A stretch of 38,163 nt of DNA from Leucobacter sp. (lineage in GTDB: Bacteria > Actinomycetota > Actinomycetes > Actinomycetales > Microbacteriaceae). The notes under the pieces were generated by a model. The model was not told the DNA's origin, searched no databases, and was given only the letters and a program-made list of their open reading frames with translations. Where the stretch lies: positions 1 through 38,163 of the forward strand of contig JAPSIU010000002.1 in NCBI GenBank assembly GCA_031178565.1. The letters run 5' to 3'. The translations under genes and the position numbers were made by a program. Positions within the stretch are counted from its first letter, which is position 1. Each line of letters starts with the position of its first letter. Shown here piece after piece: positions 33,840 through 38,163 of the stretch.

Positions 33840-34814
33840 TTACCTCTCTGCCGCGGGGACGGTCACGCCGGTGGTCGCCGAGGCGACGGGATCCGGAGCG
33901 GGATCCGGCTCGGGCGCCCCCGAGCCGGGCGCGCGGTTGCCGCGGTCCCTGAGCGAGGGGATCTTCTTGAGGAACCCCCACCTCGGGAGCAGGAGCGCGA
34001 GGATCACGAGCACCGCCGTGACCGCGCGCATGTCGTTCGGGTTGAGACCGGCCGAGAGGGCGAAGAACACGATGAGCCGGTAGAGCACCGAGCCGAGGAG
34101 CACCGCGAGGCTTGCGGTGAAGAGGCTGCGCTGGCCGAGCACCGCCTGGCCGAGGATCACCGAGGCGAGGCCGACGAGGATCAGGCCGACGCCCATGCTG
34201 ATGTCGGCGAACCCCTGGTACTGCGCGACGAGCGCGCCGGCGAGCGCGACGAGCCCGTTGGACAGCGAGAGGGTCAGGATCTTCGTGCCGTCCGTGTTGA
34301 CGCCGAAGCTGCGGATCATCTGCTCGTTGTTGCCCGTCGCCTGGATCGAGAGGCCGAGATCGGTCGACAGGAACCAGTCGACGATGAACTTCAGCGCGAG
34401 CACGAGCACCGCGAAGACGAGCACCGCGAACCAGGTCTTGCCGATCCAGCCCGCGTCGCGCAGCGGTGTCACGACGGTGTCCTCGCGCAGCAGCGGAACG
34501 TTCGCCTTGTCCATGATGCGCAGGTTGATCGACCACAGCGCGATCATGGTCAGGATCCCCGCGAGCAGCCCGTCGATCCGGCCCTTCGTGTGCAGAAGGC
34601 CGGTGATCGCTCCGGCGACCAGACCGGACGCCCCGCCGGCGATCGTCGCGACGACCGGATTCTGCCCGGCGGTGATGAGGGAGGCCGCGACCGCGGCGCC
34701 GGTCGTGAAGCTGCCGTCGACCGTGAGGTCGGGGAAGTTCAGCACCCGGAAAGTGAGGTAGACGCCGAGGGCCATCACCCCGTAGATGAGACCCAGCTCG
34801 AGAGCTCCGATCAC
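33840..34814 (-). CDS. ABC transporter permease (copy A)
   Basis: GTG start (VIGALELGLIYG) matches the N-terminus of copy B. RBS GGAG. Confidence 0.93.
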   Translation of the reverse strand: MIGALELGLIYGVMALGVYLTFRVLNFPDLTVDGSFTTGAAVAASLITAGQNPVVATIAGGASGLVAGAITGLLHTKGRIDGLLAGILTMIALWSINLRIMDKANVPLLREDTVVTPLRDAGWIGKTWFAVLVFAVLVLALKFIVDWFLSTDLGLSIQATGNNEQMIRSFGVNTDGTKILTLSLSNGLVALAGALVAQYQGFADISMGVGLILVGLASVILGQAVLGQRSLFTASLAVLLGSVLYRLIVFFALSAGLNPNDMRAVTAVLVILALLLPRWGFLKKIPSLRDRGNRAPGSGAPEPDPAPDPVASATTGVTVPAAER

Positions 34815-34819
34815 GGCGG

Positions 34820-35827
34820 TTACTCCACCGTACGATCGGCGCGCTCGACGAGCGACTCGGGCAGTTCGACGCCCATGCGCTCCGCGGCCGCGGGGTTGAC
34901 GACCAGCTCGAGATCCTTCGAGGTCTCGACGGCCGTCGTCGCCGGATCCTCGCCCTCGAGGATCTTCACGGCCATCTCGCCGGTCTGGTAGCCGAGCTTC
35001 TCGTAGTCGATCCCCAGGGTGGCGATGGCGCCGCCCTCGACGTGCGCGGACTCGGCTCCGACCACCGGGATCCCGCTCTCCTCGGCCACGCCGATCAGCG
35101 CGCCGAGGCCCGAGGCGACGAGGTTGTCGGTCGGGGTGTAGATGGCGTCGACGTCGCCGAGCGACTCCACGGCCTGCTTGATCTCGCCGGCGTTCGTCAC
35201 GGTCGCCTCCACGACCTCGATGCCGTGGCCCTCGGCGGCCTCGTTCGCGAGCTCGACCTGGATCTCGGAGTTCACCTCGCCGGAGCCGTAGACCACCCCG
35301 ATCTTCTTCGCGTCGGGCACGATCTCCGTGATCAGTTCGATCTGGTCGGCGACCGGGTTCATGTCGCTCGTGCCGGTCACGTTGGATCCCGGCTCCTGCA
35401 TCGAGTCGACGAGTTCGGCCGACACGGGATCCGTCACCGCGGTGAAGAGCACGGGGGCGTCGATGATGTTCTGCATCGCGGCCTGCGCCGAGGGCGTGGC
35501 GACCGCGAGCACGAGGCCGACGCCGTCGGACGCGAAGGTCTGCGCGATCGTGGTGGCCGTGGCGACCTCGGCCTGCGCGTTCTTCTCGTCGAACTCGACC
35601 GTCTCGCCCTCGACGTAGCCCGCATCGATGATCGCCTGCTTGAACCCCTCGGTCGCGGCGTCGAGAGCCGGGTGCTGCACGAACTGGCTGACGCCGATCG
35701 TGATCTTCTCGGATCCGGATCCGGCGCCGTCGCCGGAATTCGCCGAGGAGCAGCCGCTCAGGGCGATCGCGGCTGTCGCGGTCAGACCGGCGAGGGCGAG
35801 CGCCCTGCGGTGGGTGGTGACTGCCAT
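34820..35827 (-). CDS. ABC substrate-binding lipoprotein, ABC_sub_bind type (copy A)
   Basis: Lipobox LSGC, QFVQHPALD, AVTDP, NVTGTSD, PTDN. RBS GAGGA. Confidence 0.9.
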   Translation of the reverse strand: MAVTTHRRALALAGLTATAAIALSGCSSANSGDGAGSGSEKITIGVSQFVQHPALDAATEGFKQAIIDAGYVEGETVEFDEKNAQAEVATATTIAQTFASDGVGLVLAVATPSAQAAMQNIIDAPVLFTAVTDPVSAELVDSMQEPGSNVTGTSDMNPVADQIELITEIVPDAKKIGVVYGSGEVNSEIQVELANEAAEGHGIEVVEATVTNAGEIKQAVESLGDVDAIYTPTDNLVASGLGALIGVAEESGIPVVGAESAHVEGGAIATLGIDYEKLGYQTGEMAVKILEGEDPATTAVETSKDLELVVNPAAAERMGVELPESLVERADRTVE

Positions 35828-36035
35828 GGTGTTCCTCACTTCGTGGGTGACTCGCGCTCGGGCGGGTGCGTCGAGCGGAAGATGACACGGCGTCGGTGGA
35901 CAACGCCGTCCGGTGCCCGATGCTAATCAGGCCGAGGGTTTTGTTACAAGCTGCCCGCAAGAAGCTAGACAGATGTGACAGAAGGGCTATTTATTCAGGG
36001 ATCCTGCTATACATGATGTTCATATCGAGCGAGGA

Positions 36036-37193
36036 TCACACGATGGCGGCGACCAGCTCGGCCGCGGCGGCGAGCACCGCGTCGTTCTCCTCCGGCAGGC
36101 CGACCGTCACGCGCACGCCCTCCCCGGGGAAGCACCGCGCGGAGACGCCGTGGCGCTCGAGCGCCTCGGCGATCCGCCCGCTCTCGTCGCCGGCGGGCAG
36201 CCACACGAAATTCGCCTGCGACGGCACCGGCCCGAGACCGGCCGCCAGCAGCCCGTCGAACAGACGGGATCGCTCGCGCACCAACTCGTCGACGCGCTCG
36301 TCGAGGTCGGCCTCGGCGTCGAGCGACAGCACGGCGGCCTCCTGCGCCAGCCGCGAGACGCCGAACGGCAGGGCGACCTTGCGCAGCACCTCCGCGACGG
36401 TCGGCCGCGCGATGGCGTAGCCGATGCGCAGACCCGCCAGCCCGTAGGCCTTCGAGAAGGTGTGCAGCACCGCCACGTTGGGATAGCGCCGGAAGAATTC
36501 GATGCCGCTCGGCGAACCGGGATCGCGGTCGAAGTGCACGTAGGCCTCGTCGATCACCACGAGCACCCGCTCGGGCACGGCCGCCATGAACTCCTCGAGC
36601 TCGGCCCGGCTCACCACGGTACCCGTCGGATTGTTGGGGTTGCAGACGAAGACGATGCCGGTGCGCTCGGTGACGGCGGCGGCCATCGCGGGCAGATCGT
36701 GCCGCGCGTCGGCGTCGAGCGGCACCTCGACGGGGACCGCGCCGGCCGCCCGGGCGAGGATCGGGTACGCCTCGAAGGACCGCCAGGCGAACACCACCTC
36801 GTCGCCCGGCGCGGTGAGCGCGTGGATCATCTGCGCCGCCACTTCGACCGAACCCGCTCCGAGCACGATGCTCTCGGGCCCGACCTCGAAGCGCGCGGCG
36901 AGCGCGGCCGCGACCTCCGGTGCCGCGATGCTCGGATAGCGGGCGAGCGAGGCGGGGAGCACCTCGGCGAGGCCGCGGGCCACCGACGCGAGCGGCGGAT
37001 AGGGGCTCTCGTTCGACGACAGCTTGAAGCTGCGGCCGCCGGGGCCGAGCGGGGCCGGCTTCCCGGCGCGGTAGGCGGCGATGCGGTCGAGGCCCGGCCG
37101 GAAGCGGTGGGCGGGTGCGGCGGCGGGACCGCCCTCGGGCGCGGACTCGGTTCCGCGCGGATCGCTGGTCGGCTGCTCTGGCTGGACTGTCAT
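36036..37193 (-). CDS. pat: Histidinol-phosphate/aromatic amino acid aminotransferase (HisC2/Pat-like, PLP)
   Basis: KLSSNESP, WRSFEAYP, CNPNNPTG, DEAY, TFSKAYGLAGLRIGY. Located outside any his operon. Confidence 0.85.
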   Translation of the reverse strand: MTVQPEQPTSDPRGTESAPEGGPAAAPAHRFRPGLDRIAAYRAGKPAPLGPGGRSFKLSSNESPYPPLASVARGLAEVLPASLARYPSIAAPEVAAALAARFEVGPESIVLGAGSVEVAAQMIHALTAPGDEVVFAWRSFEAYPILARAAGAVPVEVPLDADARHDLPAMAAAVTERTGIVFVCNPNNPTGTVVSRAELEEFMAAVPERVLVVIDEAYVHFDRDPGSPSGIEFFRRYPNVAVLHTFSKAYGLAGLRIGYAIARPTVAEVLRKVALPFGVSRLAQEAAVLSLDAEADLDERVDELVRERSRLFDGLLAAGLGPVPSQANFVWLPAGDESGRIAEALERHGVSARCFPGEGVRVTVGLPEENDAVLAAAAELVAAIV

Positions 37194-37350
37194 CTTCGAC
37201 GCTCTCTCGTTCGTGGGCGGTTGCACGAGCGCCACTCTAGGGAGGCCGCACGGACCGGTCAAACGGCATAGCGCAACTCCGGCAGTATGCTCATCACGTA
37301 CATCCGAACTACGATGCAGATATACAAACTGCCTACGTCACGGAGGACGC

Positions 37351-37818
37351 ATGAGCATCGATCAACTCGACGCGCGGCTCATCACGCTGATCAGCGAGGA
37401 GGCCGGGATCTCGGTCGTCGAGTGCGCACGGCGCCTCGGCGTGGCCCGCGCGACGGCGCAGGGACGCCTCGACCGGCTGCGCCGCTCCGGCGTGATCCAC
37501 TCGATGGCGCCCCACATCGACCCCGCCGCGCTCGGCTACCCGATCCGTGCGTTCTGCTCGCTGCTCATCCACCAGTCGGTGGGGCACCAGAAGGTGGCCG
37601 AGGGGCTGGCGAGGATCCCCGAACTGCTCGACCTCCACACCGCGACGGGAGACACCGACATGATCACCTCGGTGGTCGCGCGCTCGACCCAGGATCTGCA
37701 GCGCGTGCTCGACCTCATCTCGCACACCCCGGGCGTGGCACGCGTCTCCTCCCGGCTCGCCCTCGGCACCCACTTCGAGGGGCGCACGCTGCCTCTCGTG
37801 CAGGCGGCGGTGGAGTAG
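37351..37818 (+). CDS. Lrp/AsnC family regulator
   Basis: IDQLDARLI...ARRLGVARATAQGRLDRL, IDPAALGY, TGDTD. RBS GGAGG. Confidence 0.93.
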   Translation: MSIDQLDARLITLISEEAGISVVECARRLGVARATAQGRLDRLRRSGVIHSMAPHIDPAALGYPIRAFCSLLIHQSVGHQKVAEGLARIPELLDLHTATGDTDMITSVVARSTQDLQRVLDLISHTPGVARVSSRLALGTHFEGRTLPLVQAAVE

Positions 37819-37875
37819 GGCTCGTCGCCGGATCGCCGAAGCCGGCGAGCGCGCCGGGCGCCGGGATCGCGCGCC

Positions 37876-38163
37876 TCAGAGCTCGAGCAGATCCAGCGCC
37901 TGCACCTTCCGATGACTCACGAGGCTCGAGAGGATCACGGAGCTCTTCGTGCGAGTCACCGCCGGGCACTCGGAGATCGTGAGCAGCACCTCCTGCAGGT
38001 GGGACGTGCTGCGCGCGACGACGCGGCACTGCACGTCCGCGCCACCCGTGGTGGAGAAGGCCTCGATGACGTGCGGCATACGATCGAGATGGGCCCGGAT
38101 CGCCTCGAGCTCCCCCTGCTGCACGTTGAGCTGCACCCAGGCCTGCACCTCGATTCGCCCGGC
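37876..38163 (-). CDS. Lrp/AsnC family regulator (5'-partial, C-terminal ligand domain)
   Basis: EVQAWVQLNVQQG...PHVIEAFSTTGGADVQCRVVARSTSHLQ...RTKSSVILS. Frame open to the window end. Confidence 0.88.
   Translation of the reverse strand, partial: AGRIEVQAWVQLNVQQGELEAIRAHLDRMPHVIEAFSTTGGADVQCRVVARSTSHLQEVLLTISECPAVTRTKSSVILSSLVSHRKVQALDLLEL

Noticed and set aside
33840-35960. 706-aa ORF suggesting a long N-terminal fusion to the permease
   Set aside because: The N-terminal part is an Arg/Gly-rich off-frame read through the SBP gene. The true start is GTG 34814, matching the paralogue.

Overview
High-GC actinobacterial chromosome segment. Gene content and style suggest Microbacteriaceae, e.g. 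Leucobacter-like (inference). Left end (1-5.1 kb): partial DUF1684 gene, a cluster of small hypothetical ORFs, two GNAT acetyltransferases, a PGPGW-type membrane protein, a structured intergenic element and tRNA-Tyr(GTA). Middle (5.2-26.1 kb): a ~21-kb accessory-looking catabolic locus with FrlB-, FrlC- and FrlD-like sugar-amine (Amadori/fructosamine) enzymes, a split TRAP transporter, an FAD amine oxidase, ALDH, a ThDP enzyme, two 2-hydroxyacid dehydrogenases and a LacI regulator with three visible operators. It also holds a PfkB-amidohydrolase-YjbQ-sugar ABC operon bracketed by two paralogous GntR/UTRA regulators. Right (26.2-38.2 kb): a full-length PutA homologue whose recognisable catalytic motifs are replaced in both domains (candidate pseudoenzyme), a tandem duplication of an aromatic-amino-acid-type ABC transporter, a HisC/Pat aminotransferase and two convergent Lrp/AsnC regulators. 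No integrase, transposase, rRNA or CRISPR array was seen.
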